Positions 8,028 through 17,324 of a stretch of 17,324 nucleotides of DNA are shown one piece after another. The DNA is from Methanobacteriota archaeon (GTDB lineage Archaea; Hydrothermarchaeota; Hydrothermarchaeia; Hydrothermarchaeales; JACRDW01). Both the position numbers and the translations under genes were made by a program. Under the pieces are notes generated by a model. That model was given only the letters and a program-made list of their open reading frames with translations, was not told the origin of the DNA and made no database searches. The number at the start of each line of letters is the position of its first letter. Within the stretch, counting starts at the first letter, position 1. The stretch spans positions 1 through 17,324 of the forward strand of contig JBDRDL010000013.1 of assembly GCA_043820925.1 (NCBI GenBank), in the 5' to 3' direction.

Positions 8028-8038
8028 CCCGTCGTAGC
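8028..8038 (+). repeat. 11-nt perfect copy of the tRNA-Tyr 5' end (CCCGTCGTAGC), 53 nt upstream of the gene
   Basis: Identical to 8081-8091. It is followed by an 8-nt inverted repeat pair AGCACTCG (8036-8043) / CGAGTGCT (8070-8077). Confidence 0.7.
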
Positions 8039-8080
8039 ACTCGTTTGCAAGAACGAGAGCGTAACGACACGAGTGCTCCT

Positions 8081-8198
8081 CCCGTCGTAGCTCAACCTGG
8101 TAGAGCGTCGGACTGTAGACTTCCGCAAGGAAGATGGCGTGCATGCCAGCTTCTTGGCAGAAATCCGATGGTTGCTGGTTCAAATCCGGCCGACGGGA
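8081..8198 (+). tRNA. tRNA-Tyr(GTA) with 44-nt intron (about 8119..8162)
   Basis: Hand-folded.
- Acceptor CCCGTCG/CGACGGG, with the archaeal C1:G72 Tyr identity pair and discriminator A.
- D arm GCTC/GAGC.
- Anticodon stem TCGGA/TCCGA, anticodon GTA at 8115-8117.
- T arm GCTGG-TTCAAAT-CCGGC.
- Intron after position 37; CTGT/GCAG can form the central 4-bp helix of a bulge-helix-bulge with 3-nt bulges AGA and AAA.
- No encoded CCA. Confidence 0.9.
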
Positions 8199-8206
8199 CT
8201 ATAAGC

Positions 8207-8229
8207 CTTTTTCTTTAAAAAAGAAAAAG
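8207..8229. terminator. Perfect 10-bp A/T hairpin (CTTTTTCTTT-AAA-AAAGAAAAAG), likely tRNA-Tyr terminator
   Basis: Starts 9 nt after the tRNA 3' end. It contains a T5 run on the + strand and is symmetric on the - strand. Confidence 0.5.
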
Positions 8230-8344
8230 TCCTATCACTCCAAAAAGAAATTTGTGGTATTGAGCATAGCGAAATACCACGAATACCGTGAGGTAGTGCG
8301 AAAGCTGGCGGTCTTGCTTACGCAAATGATGGTCAACCTTTCTG

Positions 8345-8379
8345 AAGGTTGGTTCCCAAATCCGGCCGACAGGACTATA
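8345..8379 (+). repeat. Degenerate copy of the tRNA-Tyr 3' end (T arm and acceptor)
   Basis: CAAATCCGGCCGACAGGACTATA (8357-8379) matches 8181-8203 at 22/23. Weaker, gapped similarity extends about 12 nt further upstream. The T-loop carries a 2-nt insertion, so it is not a functional tRNA. Confidence 0.75.
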
Positions 8380-8409
8380 TTTTTATACTTAGAATTTCAC
8401 TTTATAAGC

Positions 8410-8949
8410 ATGGGAAAAGTCGATGTCGCTTTCGATTTAGCATATCGCCTTATGCATCCCCGCTTAACTGTGCTCGTCACGTGCATTGACAGCAGAGGCA
8501 TGTCCAACATAATCACTCTCGCTTGGTCCATGCCTACTTCGATAAAGCCGCCGATGGCTGCGATAAGCGTTGCACCGCAGAGGTATTCCCACAAGCTTAT
8601 CAGCGAGACAAAAGAATTCGTTGTAAACATACCTACGATGCAACTTGCCAGGGAAACTCTGTTCTGCGGTCGTAACTCTGGGAGAGACTGCAACAAGTTT
8701 AGGGAAACTAAATTAACTCCCATGCCTGCTAAGAAAGTTGCGCCGCCGTTAATCAAAGAATGCGTAGCGCATCTCGAGTGCAAGGTTATAAACTCGATTA
8801 CCACAGGCGACCACACTTTATTCGTGGGAGAAGTAGTAGCAGCGAGCGCAGACCAAGGCATTTTTGACGTAAAATATGATGTTGAAAAAGTCAAGCCTAT
8901 CTACCATCTTGGCGGCGACGACTTTTTAACAATTGCAGATAAAATTTAA
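8410..8949 (+). CDS. Flavin reductase-like FMN-binding protein
   Basis: The track ORF 8134..8949 is trimmed to the ATG at 8410, because the extension covers tRNA-Tyr and its repeats. The sequence MGKVDVAFDLAYRLMHPRLTVLVTC...ITLAWSMPTS..PP....VAPQRYSHKLI...FVVNIP...GDHTLFVGEVV fits the flavin reductase domain family. A TATA-like ATATTTTTATAC at ~8378-8389 suggests a leaderless mRNA. Confidence 0.85.
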   Translation: MGKVDVAFDLAYRLMHPRLTVLVTCIDSRGMSNIITLAWSMPTSIKPPMAAISVAPQRYSHKLISETKEFVVNIPTMQLARETLFCGRNSGRDCNKFRETKLTPMPAKKVAPPLIKECVAHLECKVINSITTGDHTLFVGEVVAASADQGIFDVKYDVEKVKPIYHLGGDDFLTIADKI

Positions 8950-8973
8950 ATTCTTTTACAACGTTATACATCG

Positions 8974-8990
8974 AAAACTTTATATAGATA
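8974..8990 (+). promoter_or_regulatory. BRE/TATA (AAAACTTTATATAGATA) for the 5S rRNA transcription unit
   Basis: The TATA centre lies about 34 nt upstream of the mature 5S 5' end. Confidence 0.55.
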
Positions 8991-9016
8991 TAAAAATAAG
9001 CGAATGCTATTCAACA

Positions 9017-9141
9017 GGGTATGGCGGCCACAGCGGAGGGGTTACACCCGTTCCCATTCGAACACGGAAGTAAAGTCCTCCAGCGATTCTGGTTGTACTG
9101 CGGTGCGCGAGCCCGTGGGAAGCCAGAGACGTTGCCAGCCC
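9017..9141 (+). rRNA. rrf: 5S ribosomal RNA
   Basis: Conserved archaeal 5S core CCCGTTCCCATTCGAACACGGAAGTAAAGTCCTCCAGCG. The termini GGGTATGGC...GCCAGCCC can pair as helix I. Ends are +/- 2 nt. Confidence 0.9.
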
Positions 9142-9284
9142 ATTAAATTTGCATCCAGAGGCAGGAGCACGGTTTGAGGAATAAGGTAGATTTGGGAAGA
9201 TAGTTTATTTCATGTCTAATGGCTTAGCTTCCACCAGCATCATTTTGAAGCGAGATTTAGCGAAGCGAAAATCGAGCGAAAGAA

Positions 9285-9379
9285 GCCCTGGTAGTGTAGC
9301 GGCCTATCATGAGGGACTGTCATTTCCGAAAGGAAGCTGAACTCCTTCGACTCGGGTTCAAATCCCGACCAGGGCGCCA
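9285..9379 (+). tRNA. tRNA-Asp(GTC) with 19-nt intron (9323..9341); CCA encoded
   Basis: Hand-folded.
- Acceptor GCCCTGG/CCAGGGC, discriminator G, then CCA.
- Anticodon stem AGGGA/TCCTT, anticodon GTC at 9319-9321.
- T arm TCGGG-TTCAAAT-CCCGA.
- The intron TTTCCGAAAGGAAGCTGAA forms TTCC-GAAA-GGAA.
- The central bulge-helix-bulge helix CTGT/GCTG has one U-U mismatch. Confidence 0.9.
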
Positions 9380-9451
9380 TCTTCGGTGGTGCCAATATCT
9401 TTGAGAAGAAAAAAAGAGGTAAACGCATGATTAAAAATAACTCATTTTCCT

Positions 9452-9547
9452 GGGCCCGTAGCTCAGTCTGGCAAGAGCACCGGCCTTTTAACCCTGGAAA
9501 ATGGGAAGGTAAGCCGGGAGTCGCGAGTTCAAATCCCGCCGGGCCCG
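9452..9547 (+). tRNA. tRNA-Lys(TTT) with 21-nt intron (9491..9511)
   Basis: Hand-folded.
- Acceptor GGGCCCG/CGGGCCC, discriminator G.
- D arm GCTC/GAGC.
- Anticodon stem CCGGC/GCCGG, anticodon TTT at 9487-9489.
- Textbook bulge-helix-bulge: CCC/GGG, bulge TAA, CTTT/AAGG, bulge TAA, then the anticodon stem.
- The T stem GCGAG/CCCGC has one A-C mismatch (52:62). Confidence 0.85.
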
Positions 9548-9553
9548 TTTGTC

Positions 9554-9616
9554 AGCACTTCGCAATCAAGCTTTCCATATTAAGCAGAGCGAATGATTGC
9601 TTGTGCCGACACCCAC
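9554..9616 (+). repeat. 63-nt conserved element, copy A (partner 13312..13374)
   Basis: Ungapped 55/63 identity with copy B. Both copies retain GCAATCA/TGATTGC (7 bp) and GCTT/AAGC (4 bp). The enclosed loop differs (TCCATATT vs TTCACAC). The element starts 6 nt after tRNA-Lys. Confidence 0.8.
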
Positions 9617-9647
9617 CATTACACTTGCCTTCGGCAAGTGACAGGTT

Positions 9648-9701
9648 TGGTCAAGACCGAGTGAGCGAGGAGTGTAACGACGAGCGAACGAGGGATTGAA
9701 A
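9648..9701 (+). promoter_or_regulatory. Purine-rich leader upstream of rpoH, homologous to the leader upstream of rpoA1 (13443..13498)
   Basis: TGGTCAAGACCGAGTGAGCGAGGAGTGTAACGACGAGCGAACGAGGGATTGAAA aligns with TGGGTCAAGACACGATTGAGTGAAGAACGAAGTTCGAGCGAAAGAGTGGATTGAAA. Both end in GGATTGAAA-ATG. Confidence 0.6.
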
Positions 9702-9938
9702 ATGAAGTTTGATGTACTGAAGCATGAATTAGTTCCGCAGCACGAGGTTTTGCCTGAAGAAGATGCCAATGAGCTGTTAAAAAAATTCAATATAACCAAG
9801 GAACAAATTCCGAAGATTCTGGTTTCAGACCAGGTCGCCAAGAAGATTGGGGCTAAGATTGGGGATGTGGCAAAAATAACAAGGAATAGCAAGACCGCAG
9901 GTAAGAGCGTGGTTTATAGAGTCGTGGTGGCCGAGTGA
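9702..9938 (+). CDS. rpoH: DNA-directed RNA polymerase subunit H (Rpo5)
   Basis: 78 aa from the ATG at 9702; the track begins at an in-frame TTG at 9696. The pattern MKFDVLKHELVPQHEVL...IPKI...GAKIGDVAKITRNSKTAGKSVVYRVV matches RpoH, and it lies first in the rpo operon. Confidence 0.9.
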   Translation: MKFDVLKHELVPQHEVLPEEDANELLKKFNITKEQIPKILVSDQVAKKIGAKIGDVAKITRNSKTAGKSVVYRVVVAE

Positions 9939-9944
9939 GGTGAT

Positions 9945-11435
9945 ATGTTGATAGAAACAAAGCCGATTATGCGCGCTTTTCTAAAGAAGAGAGAGCTTGT
10001 GAGGCAGCACATAGATTCCTACAACGACTTCATCGAGAACCGCCTGCAAGAAATCATCAACGACACGGGAAAGATAGAGACTGATATAGGCGTTGAGGTT
10101 CGCTTGGGCAAAATTACTGTGGACAAAGCAGAGGTAATTGAAGCTGATGGCTCAAAAAACAGGCTTAAGCCTGTGGAAGCAAGGTTAAGAAATCTGAGCT
10201 ACTTTTCTCCGATTTATTTGGAGATGACACCGAAGAAAGTGGACCAAGAGGGAGAGACCGAGACAGTAAAAATAGGAATGCTGCCAACGATGCTGAAATC
10301 CAAGATATGCAATTTATATGGACTGAGCGATGCAGAGTTAGTTAAAGCCAGCGAGGATCCCCTTGACCCGGGAGGGTATTTTATCGTCAATGGCTCGGAG
10401 AGAGCGCTGGTGACAATTGAAGACCTCGCCCCGAATAAAATCATGCTGGAGCACAGCGAGAAATACACAAAGACAACTGAGGTTGCAAAAGTTTTCTCTA
10501 AGAGGAGCGGCTTCAGGGCATTGGTTACAGTCGAGAGAGACAAGGACGGATTGATAGGAGTTTCTTTCCCGTCAGTGCCCGGAGAAATACCTTTCATAAT
10601 TTTAACGAGAGCGCTCGGCTTGGAAACTGACCAGGAGATAGTGAATACTATTTCCGACGACCCTGAAATCGTGCAGAGCATTTTGGAAAATCTTGAGGAA
10701 TACTTAGACGTAAAAACAACGCAGGCTGCAATCGAGATTATAGGGAAAAAGGTAGCAGCAGGGCAGACGAGGGAATACAGGTTAAAAAGAGCTGAGCAGG
10801 TAATCGACAGGTATTTGCTGCCGCACATTGGTGTGGAGCCCGAGGATAGAATAAGGAAGGCGCACTATCTGGGCAGAATGGTCATAAGGGTCCTCGAGAT
10901 GGCGCTGGGCAAGAGAGGACCAGACGATAAAGACCACTATGCAAACAAAAGGTTGAGGCTGGCAGGGGATTTGATGGAGGATTTATTCAGGGTCGCATTT
11001 TATAATCTTACGAGGGATATAAAGTATCAGCTTGAAAGAGCAGTTGTAAGAGGTAAAGAGCCGAGCGTGCACACTGCAGTCAGAACAGATGTTTTAACAG
11101 AGAGAATAAGGCACGCTCTAGCAACTGGCAACTGGGTTGGGGGAAGGGCAGGCGTAAGCCAGCTCTTAGACAGGACAAATTATATTTCAGTTGTATCCCA
11201 CTTGAGAAGGGTAATCTCGCCGCTAAGCCGTTCACAGCCGCACTTCGAGGCAAGAGACCTGCACCCGACGCAGTGGGGAAAGATTTGTCCGAGTGAAACT
11301 CCTGAGGGACCGAACTGCGGGCTGGTTAAAAACCTTGCACTGGCGTGCGAGTTTTCAACAGGTTTTGATGAGCTTTTGATAGAGAATGTGCTATATGACC
11401 TTGGAGTAAAGCAAATTCGCAAGGTGGCACTGTAA
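9945..11435 (+). CDS. rpoB2: DNA-directed RNA polymerase subunit B'' (N-terminal part of split B)
   Basis: 496 aa with conserved B N-terminal blocks ([33 protein letters not shown]). Shine-Dalgarno GAGGTGAT lies 1 nt before the ATG. Confidence 0.95.
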   Translation: MLIETKPIMRAFLKKRELVRQHIDSYNDFIENRLQEIINDTGKIETDIGVEVRLGKITVDKAEVIEADGSKNRLKPVEARLRNLSYFSPIYLEMTPKKVDQEGETETVKIGMLPTMLKSKICNLYGLSDAELVKASEDPLDPGGYFIVNGSERALVTIEDLAPNKIMLEHSEKYTKTTEVAKVFSKRSGFRALVTVERDKDGLIGVSFPSVPGEIPFIILTRALGLETDQEIVNTISDDPEIVQSILENLEEYLDVKTTQAAIEIIGKKVAAGQTREYRLKRAEQVIDRYLLPHIGVEPEDRIRKAHYLGRMVIRVLEMALGKRGPDDKDHYANKRLRLAGDLMEDLFRVAFYNLTRDIKYQLERAVVRGKEPSVHTAVRTDVLTERIRHALATGNWVGGRAGVSQLLDRTNYISVVSHLRRVISPLSRSQPHFEARDLHPTQWGKICPSETPEGPNCGLVKNLALACEFSTGFDELLIENVLYDLGVKQIRKVAL

Positions 11436-13246
11436 TGACTGCCAATATATATATTAACGGTAAGCTGATCGGAACTCGCACAGAACCTTTGGTTCTCGTA
11501 GAGAAAATCAAAGAGCTGCGGAGAAAGGGAAAGCTCTCAATGCAAGTAAACGTCGCCTACTACGAAGATACAGATGAAGTCTTGGTGAATACTGATGCAG
11601 GAAGGGCTAGAAGACCTTTGCTGGTCGTTGAGAACGGCAAGCCACGCATTAGGGACAAGGAATTAGAAGCCCTGAAGAATGGGGAGATTACTTGGGACGA
11701 TTTGGTAGCCAGCGGAGCTGTTGAATATCTGGATTCTGAAGAAGAAGAAAATGCATACATTGCAGTTACTCCGCAGGAGCTAACCAAAGAGCACACCCAC
11801 CTGGAGATAGACCCGCTGTTTATGCTCGGCGTCTGCACTGCTGTATTGCCCTACCCCGAGCACAACTCATCTCCGAGAAATACGATGGGCGCAGGCATGG
11901 CGAAGCAGTCCATAGGTTTTTACGCTTCTAATTTTAAGTATCGCACAGATACGAGAGGACATCTCTTACAGTATCCCCAGCTTTCGCTGCTTCAAACCGA
12001 AATCACGGGCTCGGTCGGCTATGACAGCAGAGCGGCAGGGCAGAATTTCGTGGTCGCTGTGCTTTCCTACCAAGGATACAATATGGAGGATGCACTTATT
12101 TTAAACAAGGCTGCCATAGATAGAGGCCTGGGCAGGAGCACTTTCTTTAGAGCATATGAGGCAGAGGAGAGGCGCTACCCAGGAGGGCAGGTGGATAAAT
12201 TCGAGCTGCCAGAGCCTGAAATCAGAGGCTACAGGGCAGAAGAAGACTACAAGAATCTTGGAGAGGACGGGATAATAGAAACAGAATCAGAAGTTTCTTC
12301 TGGACAGGTTTTAATCGGCAAAACTTCACCGCCTAGATTTTTGGAAGAAATCAGCGAGTATGGCATGGCCAGGGAGAAGAGGAGAGAAACCTCTGTTACC
12401 GTAAGGCACTGGGAGAAAGGCGTGGTTGATTTGGTGATGCTGACTGAGAGCGTTGGAGGTAATAAACTGGTTAAAATCAGGGTTAGAGACCAGCGCACTC
12501 CAGAGCTGGGAGATAAGTTTGCTTCAAGGCACGGGCAGAAGGGAGTAGTAGGAATGATAATTCCGCAGGAGGACATGCCTTTCACCGAGAACGGAATAAT
12601 TCCTGATTTGATAATAAATCCACATGCGATTCCTTCGAGGATGACGGTGGGGCAGGTTCTGGAAATGCTCGGAGGCAAGGTAGCCTCGCTGGACGGCAGG
12701 CGTATCGACGGAACTGCCTTCTCAGGCACAAAAGAAGCAGCGCTTAGGGAAGCGCTTAAGAAAGCGGGCTTCAAGCACAATGGTAGAGAAGTAATGTACA
12801 ACGGAATAACTGGCGAAAAAATAGAGGCAGAAATTTTTATAGGCGTTGCGTATTATCAGAAGCTTCACCACATGGTTTCAGGGAAGATTCACGCCCGCTC
12901 TCGAGGTCCTGTTCAAGTGCTGACAAGGCAGCCGACTGAAGGCAGAGCCAGAGAAGGAGGATTGAGGTTCGGAGAAATGGAGCGGGATTGTCTCATAAGC
13001 TATGGGGCAGCGCTTCTGCTTAAAGAGCGTCTCTTAGACGAGTCAGACAGGCATACCATGCAAGTTTGCGAGAAGTGCGGCAGCACAGCAGTTTATGATA
13101 AAATCAGGGATACAATATATTGCTCAATCTGCGGGCGTGATATAGACGCTGCGGAGGTAGAGGTTTCTTACGCATTCAAATTATTGCTAGACGAGCTAAA
13201 ATCCCTCGGCATAAACTCGAAGCTTGTGCTGGGAGATAAAGCATAG
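11435..13246 (+). CDS. rpoB1: DNA-directed RNA polymerase subunit B' (C-terminal part of split B)
   Basis: 603 aa with [40 protein letters not shown] and a C-terminal Zn ribbon (CEKCG...CSICG). TAATG overlaps with rpoB2. Confidence 0.95.
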   Translation: MTANIYINGKLIGTRTEPLVLVEKIKELRRKGKLSMQVNVAYYEDTDEVLVNTDAGRARRPLLVVENGKPRIRDKELEALKNGEITWDDLVASGAVEYLDSEEEENAYIAVTPQELTKEHTHLEIDPLFMLGVCTAVLPYPEHNSSPRNTMGAGMAKQSIGFYASNFKYRTDTRGHLLQYPQLSLLQTEITGSVGYDSRAAGQNFVVAVLSYQGYNMEDALILNKAAIDRGLGRSTFFRAYEAEERRYPGGQVDKFELPEPEIRGYRAEEDYKNLGEDGIIETESEVSSGQVLIGKTSPPRFLEEISEYGMAREKRRETSVTVRHWEKGVVDLVMLTESVGGNKLVKIRVRDQRTPELGDKFASRHGQKGVVGMIIPQEDMPFTENGIIPDLIINPHAIPSRMTVGQVLEMLGGKVASLDGRRIDGTAFSGTKEAALREALKKAGFKHNGREVMYNGITGEKIEAEIFIGVAYYQKLHHMVSGKIHARSRGPVQVLTRQPTEGRAREGGLRFGEMERDCLISYGAALLLKERLLDESDRHTMQVCEKCGSTAVYDKIRDTIYCSICGRDIDAAEVEVSYAFKLLLDELKSLGINSKLVLGDKA

Positions 13247-13264
13247 TGGGTCAAGACACGATTG
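13246..13264 (+). repeat. 19-nt perfect direct repeat, copy 1 (GTGGGTCAAGACACGATTG)
   Basis: Identical to 13442..13460. Its first G is the last base of the rpoB1 TAG stop codon. Confidence 0.9.
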
Positions 13265-13268
13265 TCAA

Positions 13269-13311
13269 TTCCGACAGGAAGCTGGTATGCACGCCATCTT
13301 CCTTGCGGAAG
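13269..13311 (-). repeat. Reverse-complement copy of the tRNA-Tyr intron
   Basis: The complement of 13278-13311 matches 8120-8153 at 33/34 (CTTCCGCAAGGAAGATGGCGTGCAT[G/A]CCAGCTTC). A further 6/9 match extends to the intron's 3' end, giving about 39/43 overall. The similarity stops at both exon-intron junctions. Confidence 0.85.
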
Positions 13312-13374
13312 AGCACTTCGCAATCAAGCTTTTCACACAAGCAAGAGCGAATGATTGCTTATGCCGACACCCAC
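13312..13374 (+). repeat. 63-nt conserved element, copy B (partner 9554..9616)
   Basis: See copy A. It is followed by the hairpin CTTGC-GATA-GCAAG (13374-13387). Copy A is followed by CACTTGC-CTTCG-GCAAGTG (9622-9640). Confidence 0.8.
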
Positions 13375-13441
13375 TTGCGATAGCAAGACCGTGAGCCTTG
13401 CGCCCAGCTAACGCTGGTGCACTTGCGTAGCAAATGGTGTC

Positions 13442-13460
13442 GTGGGTCAAGACACGATTG
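13442..13460 (+). repeat. 19-nt perfect direct repeat, copy 2
   Basis: GTGGGTCAAGACACGATTG. It runs straight into the purine-rich leader of rpoA1. Confidence 0.9.
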
Positions 13461-13498
13461 AGTGAAGAACGAAGTTCGAGCGAAAGAGTGGATTGAAA

Positions 13499-17321
<3,823 letters not shown>

Positions 17322-17324
17322 TTC

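Noticed and set aside
7943-8128. N-terminal 62-aa extension of the track ORF 6575..8128 (-)
   Set aside because: The extension runs through the tRNA-Tyr gene and its leader and is Arg/Ser/Thr-rich junk. Met63 gives a textbook signal peptide and has a TATA-like box about 30 nt upstream.
8321-8345. C-box-like AUGAUGG followed by CUGA (possible second box C/D sRNA)
   Set aside because: The C box lacks the terminal A, the spacing is 9 nt rather than 12, and there is no C'/D pair or terminal stem. The CUGA lies in the loop of the CAACCTT/AAGGTTG hairpin.
8230-8374. Possible second, intron-containing tRNA gene downstream of tRNA-Tyr
   Set aside because: Only a vestigial acceptor pairing (6/7) and a T arm with a 2-nt loop insertion can be drawn. 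There is no D arm or anticodon arm, so I treat it as a degenerate fragment or repeat.
8134-8409. N-terminal extension of the track ORF 8134..8949 (+)
   Set aside because: It overlaps the tRNA-Tyr intron and 3' exon, the A/T hairpin and the tRNA-fragment repeat. Flavin-reductase homology only starts at the ATG at 8410, which has its own TATA-like element.
9554-9616. Attempted to read the 63-nt element as an H/ACA sRNA, a K-turn/K-loop or a box C/D sRNA on either strand
   Set aside because: No lower stem pairs next to any ACA triplet. The GA dinucleotides are not placed to form tandem sheared pairs against a 3-nt bulge. AUGAUUG is a poor C box and has no partner CUGA.
9240-9699. Track ORFs 9240..9428 (-) and 9427..9699 (+)
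   Set aside because: They overlap tRNA-Asp, tRNA-Lys and the conserved non-coding element, and have no coding-like composition or start context.
9692-9700. GGGATTGAAA resembles the 3' handle end of some archaeal CRISPR repeats (..ATTGAAAG/C)
   Set aside because: There is no repeat-spacer periodicity, and the 20 nt upstream of the three occurrences are unrelated to each other or to a repeat body. There is no CRISPR array in this window.

Overview
Archaeal chromosomal window, euryarchaeal in style: rpoB is split into B''/B' and an H4MPT-pathway Ftr is present, as in Archaeoglobi or methanogens. I cannot assign a species.

The right half is the canonical RNA polymerase operon rpoH-rpoB2(B'')-rpoB1(B')-rpoA1(A')-rpoA2(A''). 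It is preceded by a stable-RNA cluster of tRNA-Tyr, 5S rRNA, tRNA-Asp and tRNA-Lys. All three tRNAs carry introns at the canonical 37/38 position.

The left half holds housekeeping genes: a partial radical SAM enzyme, ftr, a GPN-loop GTPase, pyrF, deoxyhypusine synthase, a secreted/membrane coiled-coil protein and a flavin reductase. Interspersed are two toxin-antitoxin modules (VapBC-like, HEPN/MNT) and one well-formed box C/D sRNA.

I found no novel multi-gene protein system. The unexplained signal is at the RNA/repeat level:
- The rpoB1-rpoA1 spacer is expanded by a 196-nt insertion bounded by perfect 19-nt direct repeats. It carries a reverse-complement copy of the tRNA-Tyr intron plus a 63-nt element.
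- That 63-nt element recurs between tRNA-Lys and rpoH.
- tRNA-Tyr is flanked by partial copies of its own 5' and 3' ends.
- The VapBC cassette is bracketed by a duplication of the GTPase promoter and first 11 codons.
- A purine-rich leader motif recurs in front of tRNAs and rpo genes.
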